From Lachnospiraceae bacterium (GTDB lineage: Bacteria > Bacillota > Clostridia > Lachnospirales > Lachnospiraceae), in NCBI GenBank assembly GCA_016280395.1, contig JAEEGQ010000162.1:1-28756 (forward strand): DNA of 28,756 nt. Reading direction: 5' to 3'. Made by a program: the position numbers and the translations under genes. The notes under the pieces are model-generated. The model was not told where the DNA came from. It worked only from the letters and a program-made list of their open reading frames with translations, and ran no database searches. Each line of letters begins with the position of its first letter. Positions within the stretch are counted from its first letter, which is position 1. This document shows positions 9,907 through 22,688 of the stretch, piece after piece.

Positions 9907-11393
9907 TGGGAAAGACAACAGGTTTTCTCGAGTATGACAGAGTGCAGGGAGAGGTAAGACCTGCAAAAGAACGTATAAAGGATTTTAAGGAATTTCATGG
10001 GAAGCTGTCCTTCGAGGAGCAGAGAAAACAGGCGGCAAGATGCATGGACTGCGGCGTGCCCTACTGCCAGGCCGGGAAGATGATAGCGGGGATGGCCTCC
10101 GGATGCCCGCTGCAAAATCTTGTGCCTGAGACAAATGATCTTGTGTATCTCGGAAAGCTTGAAAAAGCTTATGAAAGACTCAGTATTACACACCCGTTCC
10201 CGGAGTTTACGAGCAGGGTGTGCCCGGCTCTTTGTGAAGCGGCCTGCACCTGCGGCGTGAACGGGGAGCCCGTGTCCACAAAGGAAAACGAAAAGACGAT
10301 AATCGAATATGCCTTTGAGCACGGGCTTACAAAAGAGGCGCCGCCTGCAGTAAGGACAGGGAAAAGGGTGGCTGTTGTGGGCAGCGGGCCGGCAGGGCTT
10401 TCTGCAGCCCAGACACTGAACCGCAGGGGACACGAAGTGACTGTCTACGAAAGAAAGGACAGGATCGGAGGTCTCTTAAGGTATGGAATCCCGAATATGA
10501 AACTTGACAAGTCTGTGATCGACAGACGCGTAAAACTGATGGAGGAGGCCGGCGTCCGTTTTATATGTAATGCGGATGTCGGAAAAGACACTGCCGTTTC
10601 CGAATTACTCGACACATACGACAGCGTCATTCTGGCATGCGGAGCATCGAATCCGAGAAATATCGATGCTCCGGGCCGTGACGCGAAGGGGATACGGTTT
10701 GCGGTGGATTTCCTTTCCGAAGTCACAAAAAAGCTTCTTGATTCGGATTTTAAGGATGTGCCGTATGAGCTTGCAAAGGGAAAGGATGTTGTCGTTATAG
10801 GCGGCGGAGATACGGGGAATGACTGTGTTGGAACCTGTATCAGGCTTGGAGCGAAGAGCGTAAAGCAGATTGAGATGATGCCAAAGCCTCCGGCAGAGAG
10901 GACCGCTTCAAACCCGTGGCCCGAGTGGCCGAAGGTCTTAAAGACAGATTACGGCCAGGAGGAGGCAATAGAGGTTTTTGGCTCCGATCCGCGCATTTAC
11001 AAGACCACGGTCAGCGAATTTGTTAAGGATAAAAAGGGAGCGCTTAAGGAACTGGTGCTGATCTCACTTGAACCGCACCGGGATGAAAAGACGGGGCGGA
11101 CAGTGATGAAGCCGGTTGAAGGCAGCGAGACCAGGATACCGGCGCAGCTTGTTCTCATAGCGGCAGGGTTCCTTGGGAGCGAGGCTTATGTTACCGAAGG
11201 GTTCGGCGTGGAAGTTGACGGGAGGACCAATGTTTCGACAAAACCCGGCAGCTATGCGTCATCACGGGAAAAAGTCTATACGGCGGGAGATATGCACAGA
11301 GGACAGTCTCTTGTTGTCTGGGCCATTGCTGAGGGCAGAAGATGTGCCCGTGAGGTGGACCGTGATCTGATGGGATACAGCAATATCGATTAA
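9906..11393 (+). CDS. gltD: Glutamate synthase small (NADPH-dependent) subunit.
   Basis: The protein has an Fe-S cysteine cluster (CMDCGVPYCQ) and the FAD/NAD dinucleotide motif VAVVGSGPAGLSAA. Its ATG overlaps the gltB TGA (TGATG), which indicates translational coupling. GGAGG lies 7 nt upstream. Confidence 0.9.
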   Translation: MGKTTGFLEYDRVQGEVRPAKERIKDFKEFHGKLSFEEQRKQAARCMDCGVPYCQAGKMIAGMASGCPLQNLVPETNDLVYLGKLEKAYERLSITHPFPEFTSRVCPALCEAACTCGVNGEPVSTKENEKTIIEYAFEHGLTKEAPPAVRTGKRVAVVGSGPAGLSAAQTLNRRGHEVTVYERKDRIGGLLRYGIPNMKLDKSVIDRRVKLMEEAGVRFICNADVGKDTAVSELLDTYDSVILACGASNPRNIDAPGRDAKGIRFAVDFLSEVTKKLLDSDFKDVPYELAKGKDVVVIGGGDTGNDCVGTCIRLGAKSVKQIEMMPKPPAERTASNPWPEWPKVLKTDYGQEEAIEVFGSDPRIYKTTVSEFVKDKKGALKELVLISLEPHRDEKTGRTVMKPVEGSETRIPAQLVLIAAGFLGSEAYVTEGFGVEVDGRTNVSTKPGSYASSREKVYTAGDMHRGQSLVVWAIAEGRRCAREVDRDLMGYSNID

Positions 11394-13037
<1,644 letters not shown>

Positions 13038-13052
13038 GATAAAGGTTTGGTT

Positions 13053-14168
13053 ATGAAGTCAGACAGAAAATTGGTTTTGGAAGACGGCACCGGGTTTGTG
13101 GGAACGGGCTTTGCGAGCCGGAAGGATACAGTGTGCGAGGTGGTCTTTAACACCTCGCTCACAGGCTATCAGGAGATAGTTTCGGATCCTTCGTACACAG
13201 ACCAGGGAGTGGTAATGTCTTACCCGCTGATAGGAAATTACGGGATTAACAGTGACGACCATGAAAGCAGGCTTATTGCGCCTGCCGCGCTTATAGTGCG
13301 AGACATATGTGATGCTCCTTCGAATTTCAGGTCGGAAAAGACACTTTGCGATCTTCTTCTTGAAGCAGACATACCGGGACTTGCGGGCGTGGACACAAGG
13401 CGCCTGGTAAGGAGCATAAGGGATACGGGAACAAGGCGTGCGCTGCTCACGGATATCGATATGCCGGTGAGTAAGGCGGTGGAGATCATTAAGAACTCGC
13501 CTGTGAGGCATGATGCCGTTAAGCGCGTAAGCTGTGCCGTAAGACAGTACTATCCGGCCGCGGAGGCCCGTTTTCACGTGGTTGCGATAGATTGCGGCAT
13601 GAAGACCAACATTGTCAGGATGCTGAATGCTTACGGCTGCAGTGTGACTGTTGTCCCATATGATACGGACGCTATCCGGATATTAAGCCTTTCGCCCGAT
13701 GGCCTGTTTATATCTAACGGGCCCGGAGATCCCGAGGATGTCCCGGAAGTAATAGAAACCTTAAGAGCATTGAGGGGGAAGCTTCCGATGTTCGGGATAT
13801 GTCTCGGACACCAGCTTATAGCACTGGCGTACGGTGCGAGGACTTATAAGCTTAAGTTCGGGCACAGGGGCGGAAATCATCCCGTGAAGGATCTGCTGAC
13901 AGGAAAGATCGGGATGACATCCCAGAACCACAGCTATGCTGTAAAGGAAGACAGCCTTGAGGGAACGGGCCTTAAGGTGTCGCATATAAATCTGCTCGAC
14001 AACACGGTGGAAGGGCTGTACTCAACGGAGGATCCGGTATTCTCGGTGCAGTATCACCCTGAAAGCGCTCCGGGTCCGCATGATGAGTGCGGATTGTTTG
14101 AAAAGTTTACAGAGCTTATGGGGAAATGTGCCCGGAACGGAGGCAGCAAAGATGCCAAAAAGAACTGA
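13053..14168 (+). CDS. carA: Carbamoyl-phosphate synthase small (glutaminase) subunit.
   Basis: The N-terminus ...LVLEDGT.F.G..F and the GATase motif GICLGHQ (catalytic Cys) are present. The ATG at 13053 is preferred over TTG at 13047. The gene overlaps the carB start by 17 nt. Confidence 0.88.
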   Translation: MKSDRKLVLEDGTGFVGTGFASRKDTVCEVVFNTSLTGYQEIVSDPSYTDQGVVMSYPLIGNYGINSDDHESRLIAPAALIVRDICDAPSNFRSEKTLCDLLLEADIPGLAGVDTRRLVRSIRDTGTRRALLTDIDMPVSKAVEIIKNSPVRHDAVKRVSCAVRQYYPAAEARFHVVAIDCGMKTNIVRMLNAYGCSVTVVPYDTDAIRILSLSPDGLFISNGPGDPEDVPEVIETLRALRGKLPMFGICLGHQLIALAYGARTYKLKFGHRGGNHPVKDLLTGKIGMTSQNHSYAVKEDSLEGTGLKVSHINLLDNTVEGLYSTEDPVFSVQYHPESAPGPHDECGLFEKFTELMGKCARNGGSKDAKKN

Positions 14169-17100
14169 CATAAAGAAAGTCCTTGTTATAGGCTCGGGAC
14201 CGATAGTCATCGGTCAGGCGGCGGAGTTTGACTATGCCGGGACACAGGCCTGTCTGGCATTAAAGGAAGAAGGGTACGAGGTGGTGCTGGCGAACTCTAA
14301 TCCCGCTACAATCATGACCGACCATGCCATAGCTGACAAGGTTTATATGGAGCCGCTCACGATAGAATATCTTGCAAGGATCTGCCGCTACGAGAGGCCT
14401 GATGCGCTGGTGCCGGGACTTGGAGGCCAGACGGGGCTTAACCTTTCATTGCAGCTTGCGGACAAGGGCGTGCTGAAAGAGTGCGGGATAGAGCTGCTCG
14501 GAACAGATGCAGAGGGCATAAGGCGCGCAGAGGACCGCGAGCTTTTCAAGGAACTCTGCGAGGAGCTCGGAGAGCCCGTGGTGCCCTCAAAGATCACTAC
14601 AAGTGTGGAGGAAGGCCTTGAGGCTGCGGCAGAGATAGGGTACCCTGTGTGCCTTAGGCCCGCATTTACGCTTGGCGGTACGGGGGGCGGCTTTGCGGGA
14701 AACGACGAAGAGATGCGCGAGAAAATGAAGCTGGCGCTGGAAATATCGCCTGTAAGCCAGGTGCTTGTGGAAAAGAGCATAAAAGGTTACAAAGAGATAG
14801 AGTACGAGGTGATGCGGGATGCCTGCGACACCGCCATCACAGTCTGCAACATGGAAAACCTCGACCCTGTCGGGATCCACACAGGCGACAGTATAGTGGT
14901 AGCGCCGAGCCAGACGCTGACAAATAAAGAATATCAGATGCTGAGGGACAGCGCTCTTAAGATCATCAGGGCCCTTAAAGTGAAGGGGGGCTGTAATGTG
15001 CAGTTCGCACTTGATCCGTATTCTTTTGCATATTATGTGATAGAGGTTAATCCAAGGGTTTCAAGGTCATCGGCTCTTGCGTCAAAGGCCACAGGGTATC
15101 CGATCGCAAGAGTCTCCGCAAAGATCGCGGTGGGGATGAACCTCGACGAGATCAGGCTTGCCAACACTCCCGCATGCTTCGAGCCGGCACTCGACTATGT
15201 TGTGACCAAGATACCGCGGTTTCCGTTCGACAAATTTACGGAGGCTTCAAATGTGCTTTCGACACAGATGAAGGCTACGGGCGAGACCATGAGTATAGGG
15301 CGTACTTTTGAGGAAAGCCTGCTTAAAGCCATAAGGTCTTTAGAGGACGGAAAAAACCATATCCATCTTGAAAAGTTTGATGTGAAGAGCCTTTCGGATA
15401 AGCCTGAACCTGAAAACAGGAAGGAAGCAGTCGAAAAACTGCTCAAGTACATTGAAGAAGGCACGGATGACAGGATATATGCCATTTCCGAGCTGATGTG
15501 GCTGGGCACCGGGCCGCGGGAGATCTGTAAAAGAACAGGGATAGACCCGTTTTTCCTCGATAAGATAGGCAACATCGTGAATTTTGAAGTGAAGATCGAA
15601 AGAGAAGCGAAGGCGACGAAGAACATAACCCGTGATCTTCTGTTCGAGGCCAAACGCATGGGTTTTTCGGACTCTTATATCGCAGAGCTTGCAGGGTGCA
15701 CGGAGGATGAAATCTTTGATCTCAGAAAAAAATATGGTATCAGACCGGTTTATAAGATGATAGATACATGCGCCGGCGAGTTTGAGAGCTACGTACCGTA
15801 TTTCTATTCGACTTATGAGGAAGAGAACGAATCTGTTGTTTCCGGCCGTAAGAAGGTCATAGTGCTGGGCTCGGGGCCGATCAGGATAGGACAGGGCGTT
15901 GAATTTGATTATTCCACGGTTCATGCTGTTAAAACTATTCAGGATATGGGCTATGAGGCCATCGTTATAAACAATAATCCGGAAACGGTATCTACCGATT
16001 ATACTACGGCGGATAAGCTGTATTTTGAGCCTCTGACCAAAGAAGATATATGTAACATCATTGAACTTGAAAATCCGGAAGGCGTTATCACGAGCCTTGG
16101 CGGACAGACTGCGGTAAACCTTGCAGAACCGCTCGAAAAGCGTGGTGTAAGGATCCTGGGGACCGGGACAAAGGCTATTTTTAAGGCTGAGGACCGGGAC
16201 GCTTTTGAAAATGTCCTTATAGAACAGGGAATACCGCATCCCGAGGGTGTCGCTGTGACAACGGTTGAAGAAGGCATAAGCGCTGCGGCAGGGATCGGGT
16301 ATCCGGTGCTCGTTCGCCCGAGTTTTGTTCTTGGGGGCAGGGCGATGGAGATCGTTGCAAACGAAAAGATGCTCGTAAAATACCTTTCAAACGCTGTGGC
16401 CGTGGACAAAGACCATCCGGTACTGATCGACAGGTATATATCGGGGAAAGAGGTAGAAGTTGACGCGGTCTGCGATGGTACGGAGGTTTTTCTGCCGGGA
16501 ATAATGGAGCTTGTTGAACGGACAGGCGTCCATTCCGGTGACAGCTTCAGTATATATCCGCCTTTTTCGCTGTCTGAAAAGGTGAAGGAAACCATAACGG
16601 AATATACGCGCAAGCTTGGCCTCGGACTTGGCATAAAGGGCCTTTTCAATATACAGTTCATAGTTGATAAGAATGATGATGTCTATATCATCGAAGTCAA
16701 CCCGAGGGCCTCAAGGAGCGTGCCTTTTCTCTCAAAGTCGGCGGGGATCCCGCTTGTGGATATAGCAGTAAGGGTAATGCTCGGGGAATCCCTCGCTGCG
16801 CAGGGATATAATGTGGGATTGCCGGAGAACGGGCAGATGTGGTATGTTAAGGCGCCGGCATTCTCGTTTGCAAAGCTCGGAGGCATGGATGCTTACCTTT
16901 CGCCGGAGATGAAGTCCACCGGAGAGGCAATAGGCTATGATAAGAGCCTTAAAAGAGCTTTATATAAGGCTTTGAAAGCCTCCGGTGTGAAGATCAGGGA
17001 ATATGGGACGGTGATCGTGACACTTGCTGACGAGGACAAAGATGAGGCGCTGCCGCTCGTGCGACGGTTTTATGAGCTTGGGTTCAATATCCAGGCTACG

Positions 17101-17379
17101 ATCGGGACCGGCCTGTTCCTGAAGGAACATGGGATAAGGACAAGGATCCTCGGTAAGATAAGCGAAGGCAGCAGCGATATACCGGACTCTATACGGAGCG
17201 GGTATGTAAGCTATATAGTCAATACAAGAGCCATACTGTCGGGAGTGCATTACAGCGATGGTGCCGATATCAGAAAGTGCGCCATCAGGAACGGAGTGAC
17301 CATGTTCACCTCCCTCGATACGGTAAGGATACTGCTTGATGTGCTTGAGGATATCATGCCCGGGATAGCCGCGATATGA
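14152..17379 (+). CDS. carB: Carbamoyl-phosphate synthase large subunit.
   Basis: The N-terminus [30 protein letters not shown] is typical. The protein is about 1075 aa with duplicated ATP-grasp halves. The start is chosen at the ATG after GGAGG (14138-14142). The ORF-track start at 14080 is an extension. Confidence 0.92.
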   Translation: MPKRTDIKKVLVIGSGPIVIGQAAEFDYAGTQACLALKEEGYEVVLANSNPATIMTDHAIADKVYMEPLTIEYLARICRYERPDALVPGLGGQTGLNLSLQLADKGVLKECGIELLGTDAEGIRRAEDRELFKELCEELGEPVVPSKITTSVEEGLEAAAEIGYPVCLRPAFTLGGTGGGFAGNDEEMREKMKLALEISPVSQVLVEKSIKGYKEIEYEVMRDACDTAITVCNMENLDPVGIHTGDSIVVAPSQTLTNKEYQMLRDSALKIIRALKVKGGCNVQFALDPYSFAYYVIEVNPRVSRSSALASKATGYPIARVSAKIAVGMNLDEIRLANTPACFEPALDYVVTKIPRFPFDKFTEASNVLSTQMKATGETMSIGRTFEESLLKAIRSLEDGKNHIHLEKFDVKSLSDKPEPENRKEAVEKLLKYIEEGTDDRIYAISELMWLGTGPREICKRTGIDPFFLDKIGNIVNFEVKIEREAKATKNITRDLLFEAKRMGFSDSYIAELAGCTEDEIFDLRKKYGIRPVYKMIDTCAGEFESYVPYFYSTYEEENESVVSGRKKVIVLGSGPIRIGQGVEFDYSTVHAVKTIQDMGYEAIVINNNPETVSTDYTTADKLYFEPLTKEDICNIIELENPEGVITSLGGQTAVNLAEPLEKRGVRILGTGTKAIFKAEDRDAFENVLIEQGIPHPEGVAVTTVEEGISAAAGIGYPVLVRPSFVLGGRAMEIVANEKMLVKYLSNAVAVDKDHPVLIDRYISGKEVEVDAVCDGTEVFLPGIMELVERTGVHSGDSFSIYPPFSLSEKVKETITEYTRKLGLGLGIKGLFNIQFIVDKNDDVYIIEVNPRASRSVPFLSKSAGIPLVDIAVRVMLGESLAAQGYNVGLPENGQMWYVKAPAFSFAKLGGMDAYLSPEMKSTGEAIGYDKSLKRALYKALKASGVKIREYGTVIVTLADEDKDEALPLVRRFYELGFNIQATIGTGLFLKEHGIRTRILGKISEGSSDIPDSIRSGYVSYIVNTRAILSGVHYSDGADIRKCAIRNGVTMFTSLDTVRILLDVLEDIMPGIAAI

Positions 17380-17428
17380 GGTCTTCGATCCTGCCGGCTT
17401 TGATTCTTTGATTCTTTTTCTTTTTTTG

Positions 17429-17457
17429 TTGACTGTTGGCTTTTTTAAGTTTATCAT
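17429..17457 (+). promoter_or_regulatory. Sigma-A type promoter for purA.
   Basis: TTGACT is at 17429-17434, a 17-nt spacer follows, and TATCAT is at 17452-17457. A T-rich tract with the direct repeat tttgattc x2 lies just upstream. Confidence 0.45.
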
Positions 17458-17509
17458 ATAGGGGCATGCGGAAATTCGTATCCGTAAATACTCTTATGTG
17501 GAGGAAGAT

Positions 17510-18784
17510 ATGGTTAAGGCAGTTGTCGGCGCTAACTGGGGCGACGAGGGAAAAGGCAAGATAACGGACATGCTTGCGCAGGACGCTGATATCGTTATAA
17601 GGTTTCAGGGCGGTGCCAATGCAGGGCATACTATCGTGAACAAATACGGAAAGTTCGCGCTTCATACTCTTCCGTCCGGAGTTTTTTACGACCATGTCAC
17701 AAATATAATCGGCAACGGTGTTGCTCTTAATATCCCGAAGGTAATGGATGAGATCAAAGGGATCGTGGACAGGGGCGTTCCGATGCCTAAGCTTAAGATA
17801 TCCAACAGGGCACAGATCGTTATGCCTTATCATATCCTTTTCGATCAGTATGAGGAGGAGCGCCTTGGCGGGAAGTCCTTCGGCTCGACCAAATCAGGTA
17901 TCGCCCCGTTCTATTCCGATAAATACGCAAAGATCGGCTTTCAGGTGAGCGAACTCTTTGACGAGGATACCCTGAAAGATAAGGTACAGAGCGTGCTCGC
18001 GGTGAAGAACATCCTGCTTGAGAATCTTTATCATAAGCCCGCCATCGACCCCGCAGAGCTTCTTGAAACTCTTCATGGCTACAGGGATATGGTGGCTCCT
18101 TACGTTGCGGATGTTTCCAAATTTCTCTGGGATGCCGAAAAAGAGGGGAAGATCATTCTTCTTGAGGGCCAGCTTGGTACGCTTAAGGATCCGGATCACG
18201 GAATCTACCCGATGGTGACTTCTTCTTCGACACTTGCGGCTTACGGCGCTATTGGCGCAGGGATACCGCCTTATGCCATCAAACAGGTTGTTACGGTTTG
18301 CAAGGCATATTCTTCGGCTGTCGGAGCAGGTGCTTTCGTTTCCGAGATCTTCGGCGATGAGGCAGATGAACTCAGACGTCGCGGAGGAGACGGCGGTGAA
18401 TACGGCGCAACCACAGGCAGACCCCGCAGAATGGGCTGGTTTGATTGTGTTGCGTCAAAATACGGCTGCAGGCTTCAGGGCACAACAGATGTAGCTTTCA
18501 CGGTCCTTGACGTTCTGGGATATCTTGACGAGATCCCTGTCTGCACAGGATATGAGATAAACGGAAAGGTTACAGATGAATTTCCCGTTACCGTCGAACT
18601 TGAGAAGGCTAAACCCGTGCTTGAGACACTTCCCGGCTGGAAGTGCGACATCCGCGGAATAAAGAAATACGAAGATCTTCCTGAAAACTGCAGGAACTAT
18701 ATCGAATTCATCGAAAAGAGGATCGGCTTCCCCATCACCATGATAAGCAACGGTCCTTCGAGGGATGATATCATTTACAGGTAA
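17510..18784 (+). CDS. purA: Adenylosuccinate synthetase.
   Basis: The GANWGDEGKGK P-loop-like motif is present. The protein is about 424 aa. The start ATG at 17510 lies 6 nt after GGAGG. The ORF-track start at 17498 is an extension. Confidence 0.9.
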   Translation: MVKAVVGANWGDEGKGKITDMLAQDADIVIRFQGGANAGHTIVNKYGKFALHTLPSGVFYDHVTNIIGNGVALNIPKVMDEIKGIVDRGVPMPKLKISNRAQIVMPYHILFDQYEEERLGGKSFGSTKSGIAPFYSDKYAKIGFQVSELFDEDTLKDKVQSVLAVKNILLENLYHKPAIDPAELLETLHGYRDMVAPYVADVSKFLWDAEKEGKIILLEGQLGTLKDPDHGIYPMVTSSSTLAAYGAIGAGIPPYAIKQVVTVCKAYSSAVGAGAFVSEIFGDEADELRRRGGDGGEYGATTGRPRRMGWFDCVASKYGCRLQGTTDVAFTVLDVLGYLDEIPVCTGYEINGKVTDEFPVTVELEKAKPVLETLPGWKCDIRGIKKYEDLPENCRNYIEFIEKRIGFPITMISNGPSRDDIIYR

Positions 18785-18796
18785 ATATACTATTTT

Positions 18797-18832
18797 GAAA
18801 GTATCGCTTTTTGCGGTACTTTCGTGCTTTTA
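18797..18832 (+). terminator. Hairpin downstream of purA, a probable terminator.
   Basis: An 11-bp stem (gaaagtatcgc paired with gcggtactttc) has loop TTTTT, followed by gtgcTTTTa. Confidence 0.45.
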
Positions 18833-18864
18833 CAGTATTCCAAAAAGTGAACGGAGACAGATAT

Positions 18865-20511
18865 ATGAACAGACCAAAGGAACTGATCCTTGTCATAGAT
18901 TTCGGAGGCCAGTACAACCAGCTTGTGGCAAGGCGCGTGCGTGAGTGCAATGTGTATTGCGAGATCTATTCCTACAGGACGCCGCTTGAAAAGCTGCTTG
19001 CGATGAAGCCTGCGGGCTTTATACTTACGGGAGGCCCCGCAAGCTGCTATGAGGAGGGGGCTGCCACCTGCGCGCCCGCGCTGTTTGAGTCCGGCGTGCC
19101 GGTACTCGGATTATGCTACGGAGCCCAGCTCATGAGCTATGTGCTCGGCGGAAATGTTGAGCGCGCAAGTATGCGTGAATACGGTAAAACAGAGGTTGAG
19201 ATCGATACGACATCGGCACTTTTTGCGGGAGTTTCCCCAAAAACAACCTGCTGGATGAGCCATTTTGATTATATCTCGAGGCTTGCTCCCGGTTTCAGGG
19301 CAACGGCACACACGGCCAACTGCCCCGTTGCTGCCGCAGAGGATGCTGCACGCGGGCTTTACGCGATCCAGTTCCACCCGGAAGTCCTCCATACACCGGA
19401 GGGCTCTAAGATGCTCTATAACTTCGTACGCGGCATCTGCGGATGCAGCGGCGACTGGAAAATGGACACATTTGTGCAGGATTCGATAAAAGCGCTTCGC
19501 GAGAAGATAGGGGACGGCAGAGTGCTGCTGGCTCTTTCCGGAGGTGTGGATTCCTCTGTTGCGGCCGCGCTCCTTTCGAAGGCTGTCGGCAACCAGCTGA
19601 CCTGTGTGTTCGTAGATCACGGCCTGCTGCGCAAAAACGAAGGCGATGAAGTCGAGGCTGTATTCGGACCTTCCGGCAATTTCAAACTGAATTTCGTGCG
19701 CGTGAACGCGCAGGAGAGGTATTACGCAAAGCTTGCGGGCGTCGAGGAGCCGGAGCACAAGCGAAAGATCATAGGCGAAGAGTTCATCCGCGTCTTCGAG
19801 GAAGAAGCGAAAAAGATTGGAGCAGTGGACTTCCTCGCCCAGGGCACTATTTATCCTGATGTTGTGGAGTCCGGCCTCGGCGGCGAATCCGCCGTGATCA
19901 AATCGCACCACAATGTGGGTGGTCTGCCGGATTTCGTGGATTTCAAGGAGATTGTAGAGCCTTTAAGGAACCTGTTCAAGGATGAGGTCAGAAAGGCAGG
20001 GCTTGCGCTCGGGCTTTCAAGGGACCTTGTGTTCAGGCAGCCCTTCCCGGGGCCCGGACTCGGGGTGCGTATCGTTGGTGAAGTGACTGCAGAAAAAGTC
20101 AGGATAGTTCAGGATGCGGACGCCATTTACCGCGAAGAGATCGCAAAGGCTGCGGAGGCGTGGAGGAAGAACCACGTGTCTTGCGTGGAAGGAACGATCA
20201 TAAACGAGAACGGAGAAAAAGAGTGTCATCGCAACGGTGAGAACGAGAACCCGCCGTGGATGCCCGACCAGTATTTTGCAGCCCTCACAAATGTTCGTTC
20301 TGTAGGTGTTATGGGAGATGAGCGTACCTACGATTACGCTGTCTGCCTGCGCGCCGTAAAGACCATAGATTTCATGACTGCAGAGGCGGCACAGATCCCG
20401 TTTGAGGTGCTCCAGACAGTAATGAGCAGGATAATAAACGAGGTGAGGGGCATAAACAGGGTATTCTACGATTTGACAAGCAAACCACCGGGAACGATAG
20501 AACTTGAATAA
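18865..20511 (+). CDS. guaA: GMP synthase (glutamine-hydrolysing).
   Basis: A class-I GATase domain (LGLCYGAQ) and the ATP-PPase PP-loop SGGVDSS are present. The C-terminus has the form ...GTIELE. The start ATG at 18865 follows GGAGA. The ORF-track start at 18811 is an extension. Confidence 0.9.
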   Translation: MNRPKELILVIDFGGQYNQLVARRVRECNVYCEIYSYRTPLEKLLAMKPAGFILTGGPASCYEEGAATCAPALFESGVPVLGLCYGAQLMSYVLGGNVERASMREYGKTEVEIDTTSALFAGVSPKTTCWMSHFDYISRLAPGFRATAHTANCPVAAAEDAARGLYAIQFHPEVLHTPEGSKMLYNFVRGICGCSGDWKMDTFVQDSIKALREKIGDGRVLLALSGGVDSSVAAALLSKAVGNQLTCVFVDHGLLRKNEGDEVEAVFGPSGNFKLNFVRVNAQERYYAKLAGVEEPEHKRKIIGEEFIRVFEEEAKKIGAVDFLAQGTIYPDVVESGLGGESAVIKSHHNVGGLPDFVDFKEIVEPLRNLFKDEVRKAGLALGLSRDLVFRQPFPGPGLGVRIVGEVTAEKVRIVQDADAIYREEIAKAAEAWRKNHVSCVEGTIINENGEKECHRNGENENPPWMPDQYFAALTNVRSVGVMGDERTYDYAVCLRAVKTIDFMTAEAAQIPFEVLQTVMSRIINEVRGINRVFYDLTSKPPGTIELE

Positions 20512-20570
20512 TTAACGAAGTCTGAAGAATGCTGTATTTATGCGGTTTATAAAGATTTCAAAAAGCGATT

Positions 20571-20598
20571 TGATAACAAAATGATAACACTTGATAAC
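20571..20598. repeat. Three tandem direct repeats of TGATAAC at helical spacing (11 and 10 bp).
   Basis: TGATAAC occurs at 20571, 20582 and 20592. The site lies 60-87 nt past the guaA stop, at the start of the AT-rich region. Confidence 0.5.
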
Positions 20599-20660
20599 TG
20601 AGCATTATTTATGAGTAATGCAATAGGTTAGCAGGTGAGGTTTCAGCAAAGACTAAAAAA

Positions 20661-20705
20661 GGTCTTGTTAAGCTAATGAATAGCTTAGCAAGGCCTTTTC
20701 TTTTT
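20661..20705. terminator. Bidirectional intrinsic terminator between guaA (+) and the XRE regulator gene (-).
   Basis: A 14-bp stem (ggtcttgttaagct paired with agcttagcaaggcc, two mismatches) has a T-run on both strands (plus ttttcttttt, minus tttttt). Confidence 0.55.
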
Positions 20706-20743
20706 GCCCATATGTTAGCCGGTTGAAACCATTTATAGGCGAT

Positions 20744-21244
20744 TTAGTCAAATAAATCCTGTGGAGGAACTTTTGCAAAGTGCGTATGAGTTGTCTGACC
20801 GACAGTTGGATAGTGATATCTCCAAGCATCATATTCATCCTGGGTGATCTGACCGGATCTGAGTGCTTCGGACTTATCCATCCAATCCATCAGCATGTCA
20901 TAAAACAGCATGCTGTCAGGGTGATTCCTTAAATCAAGATAAAGCTGTGGCTGTCCGTCTTCTGCCTTTTCAATCTTGAGACCGTAGCGATCTTCAATAG
21001 CGAAGAGGGTATGAATAAGCCCTGTGAAAGAATCGATATTGGGAACCTTCAGGGCATCGGGTTTAACGTCAAAAAGCTCAGCCATAGCCTGAACAAGATT
21101 ATCCTTTGGAACACGGTTTTCGCTCTCATATTGAGCCATACGGACATCGGCAGATTTTTCATCAAAGCCGATCTGAGTACCTACATATTTTTGTGTCATT
21201 CTGCGTTTACTACGGAAGAAATGGATTCGTTCTCCTATTGCCAT
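20744..21244 (-). CDS. XRE-family helix-turn-helix transcriptional regulator with a C-terminal domain of about 100 aa and unknown function.
   Basis: The N-terminus MAIGERIHFFRSKRRMTQKYVGTQIG... is a typical HTH_3. The RBS AAAGGAG lies 8 nt upstream of the ATG at 21244. The ORF-track start at 21412 is an extension. Confidence 0.6.
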   Translation of the reverse strand: MAIGERIHFFRSKRRMTQKYVGTQIGFDEKSADVRMAQYESENRVPKDNLVQAMAELFDVKPDALKVPNIDSFTGLIHTLFAIEDRYGLKIEKAEDGQPQLYLDLRNHPDSMLFYDMLMDWMDKSEALRSGQITQDEYDAWRYHYPTVGQTTHTHFAKVPPQDLFD

Positions 21245-21502
21245 AGTGAGGGCTCCTTTCGCTTGATTGAACGGAAATATAACAGATTTCTTCGAAATTC
21301 TGATATCTTTAGGAAATTTAGAGAATGGTGGTTTAAGTTTCGTGGACTTGAGAAAACAAAAACTAGTATTTACGAGCGACTTAAGGAAGCGCAAAAGCTT
21401 GCAGATGAGCATAATGCGCAGTGTAAGAGTTAGCTTAAGAAAAAAAGGAACATGGATTGGAGAGATAGAGAATACAAAACACCGGAACTAAATATCATAG
21501 AA

Positions 21503-21540
21503 AGCAAAGGCTAGTACCAATATTGGGAATAGCCTTTGCT
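21503..21540. repeat. Perfect 11-bp inverted repeat with a nested palindrome. It is either an orphan terminator-like hairpin or a protein-binding site.
   Basis: agcaaaggcta (21503-21513) pairs with tagcctttgct (21530-21540). The loop contains the palindrome ccaatattgg. tattttct follows. Confidence 0.5.
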
Positions 21541-21707
21541 TATTTTCTAGGAAATTTTTTGGATTTTGTGGTTCATATTAGGGATGTACCAAAACATCAT
21601 AATACTTGTAAATTATAAATATAATAAGACCATGTGTTGTAATTACAGAATCATATGATATACTTTCAATAGAGTTTGAAAATGAAAAGAATTCGGAGGG
21701 GGTTATA

Positions 21708-22688
21708 ATGGCTTTTTGCAAATATTGTGGAGAAAAAATAGAGAATAATGCTAAGTTTTGTTCTTCTTGTGGTAAAGCAATAGAACCAAATGAAAAAGAT
21801 ACAAATCAAAAAACTCGAGAAGAAAAAATGAAGAAAAATAAATGTCCAAATTGCGGAGAAATAATGGACGCATTTGAAGTAAAGTGTCCTTCTTGCGGCT
21901 TCGAAATAAGAGATATTGATGCAGCAGAGTCAATAAGAAATTTATCAAAAATAACACAAGAAATTGAAAATACAAGAGAAAATGCTAATCCAATTATTTC
22001 AATGTTTACAGATGGGTTAGTGGTTGGAAAAACTGATTCAAAGATTGTTAGTGTAATTCAAAATACTCCGATCCCTAATACAGTTGAGGATATTGTAGAA
22101 TTTATGATTATAGCATCATCTAATATTAATCCGGCTGCATACGCTAATTTAGGAGTAACTTCGTATGGTGTTGCATCACAGGGTGAAAAGGCGAAATCTA
22201 GAGCTTGGGAGTCCAAATTAAACCAAGCCTATAATAAAGCTAAATTATCCTTTAAAGATGAGGAGCAGTTTGAACAAATACAAAGGATTTATGACGAAAC
22301 ACATGATAAAATCCGTCAAGCGCAAAAAGAATCTAAAAAAGCATATAGTCACATAATGCGAAGCTCACTTTTTATGTTAGTTTTGATGTTTGCGTTTTTG
22401 ATTATACTTGCTGTTGTTTTGAGTATAAGAGATGAAAAAATGATTGATAATGGTGCAATTTGCCCAAGCTACAGTTCGCGTGAATTTAAAGGAATGCAAT
22501 ATGAAGATGTAACAAATATATTAGAAAAGGATGGTTTTACTAATATAGTAACAAAAGGTAGTAAAGGAACTATCATGGATGGATTAGATTCCGGAGAAGT
22601 AATAAAGGTAACTATAGACGGTACTTATTGCACAAAGGGGTCATATGAGGAACCTGATGCGCCAGTTTTAATTGAGTATAAAAAATAG
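21708..22688 (+). CDS. Double zinc-ribbon, single-pass membrane protein with a small C-terminal extracytoplasmic alpha/beta domain (PASTA-like by eye).
   Basis: Two CxxC...CxxC pairs are present (CKYCG...CSSCG and CPNCG...CPSCG). There is one hydrophobic helix (LFMLVLMFAFLIILAVVL). GGAGG is at 21695-21699. The promoter is probably TTGTAA with extended -10 TGATATACT at about 21636-21671. Confidence 0.7.
   Translation: MAFCKYCGEKIENNAKFCSSCGKAIEPNEKDTNQKTREEKMKKNKCPNCGEIMDAFEVKCPSCGFEIRDIDAAESIRNLSKITQEIENTRENANPIISMFTDGLVVGKTDSKIVSVIQNTPIPNTVEDIVEFMIIASSNINPAAYANLGVTSYGVASQGEKAKSRAWESKLNQAYNKAKLSFKDEEQFEQIQRIYDETHDKIRQAQKESKKAYSHIMRSSLFMLVLMFAFLIILAVVLSIRDEKMIDNGAICPSYSSREFKGMQYEDVTNILEKDGFTNIVTKGSKGTIMDGLDSGEVIKVTIDGTYCTKGSYEEPDAPVLIEYKK

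Noticed and set aside
17484-17502. gaaattcgtatccgtaaat in the purA leader shares a 10-mer (gaaattcgta) with the island operator half-site at 25492-25501.
   Set aside because: It is not palindromic here and lies in a different genomic compartment. It is most likely chance, or a PurR-type site that I cannot confirm by eye.
20571-20598. CRISPR array or DnaA-box cluster.
   Set aside because: There are only three 7-bp repeats with 3-4 bp between them, and no spacer-sized unique segments. TGATAAC is not the TTATCCACA DnaA box.
21011-21491. Plus-strand ORFs 21011-21433 (140 aa) and 21267-21491 (74 aa).
   Set aside because: The first is antisense to the RBS-supported XRE gene. The second starts 23 nt from that gene's start codon with no RBS. 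It is kept only as a remote possibility in the finding on the orphan hairpin.
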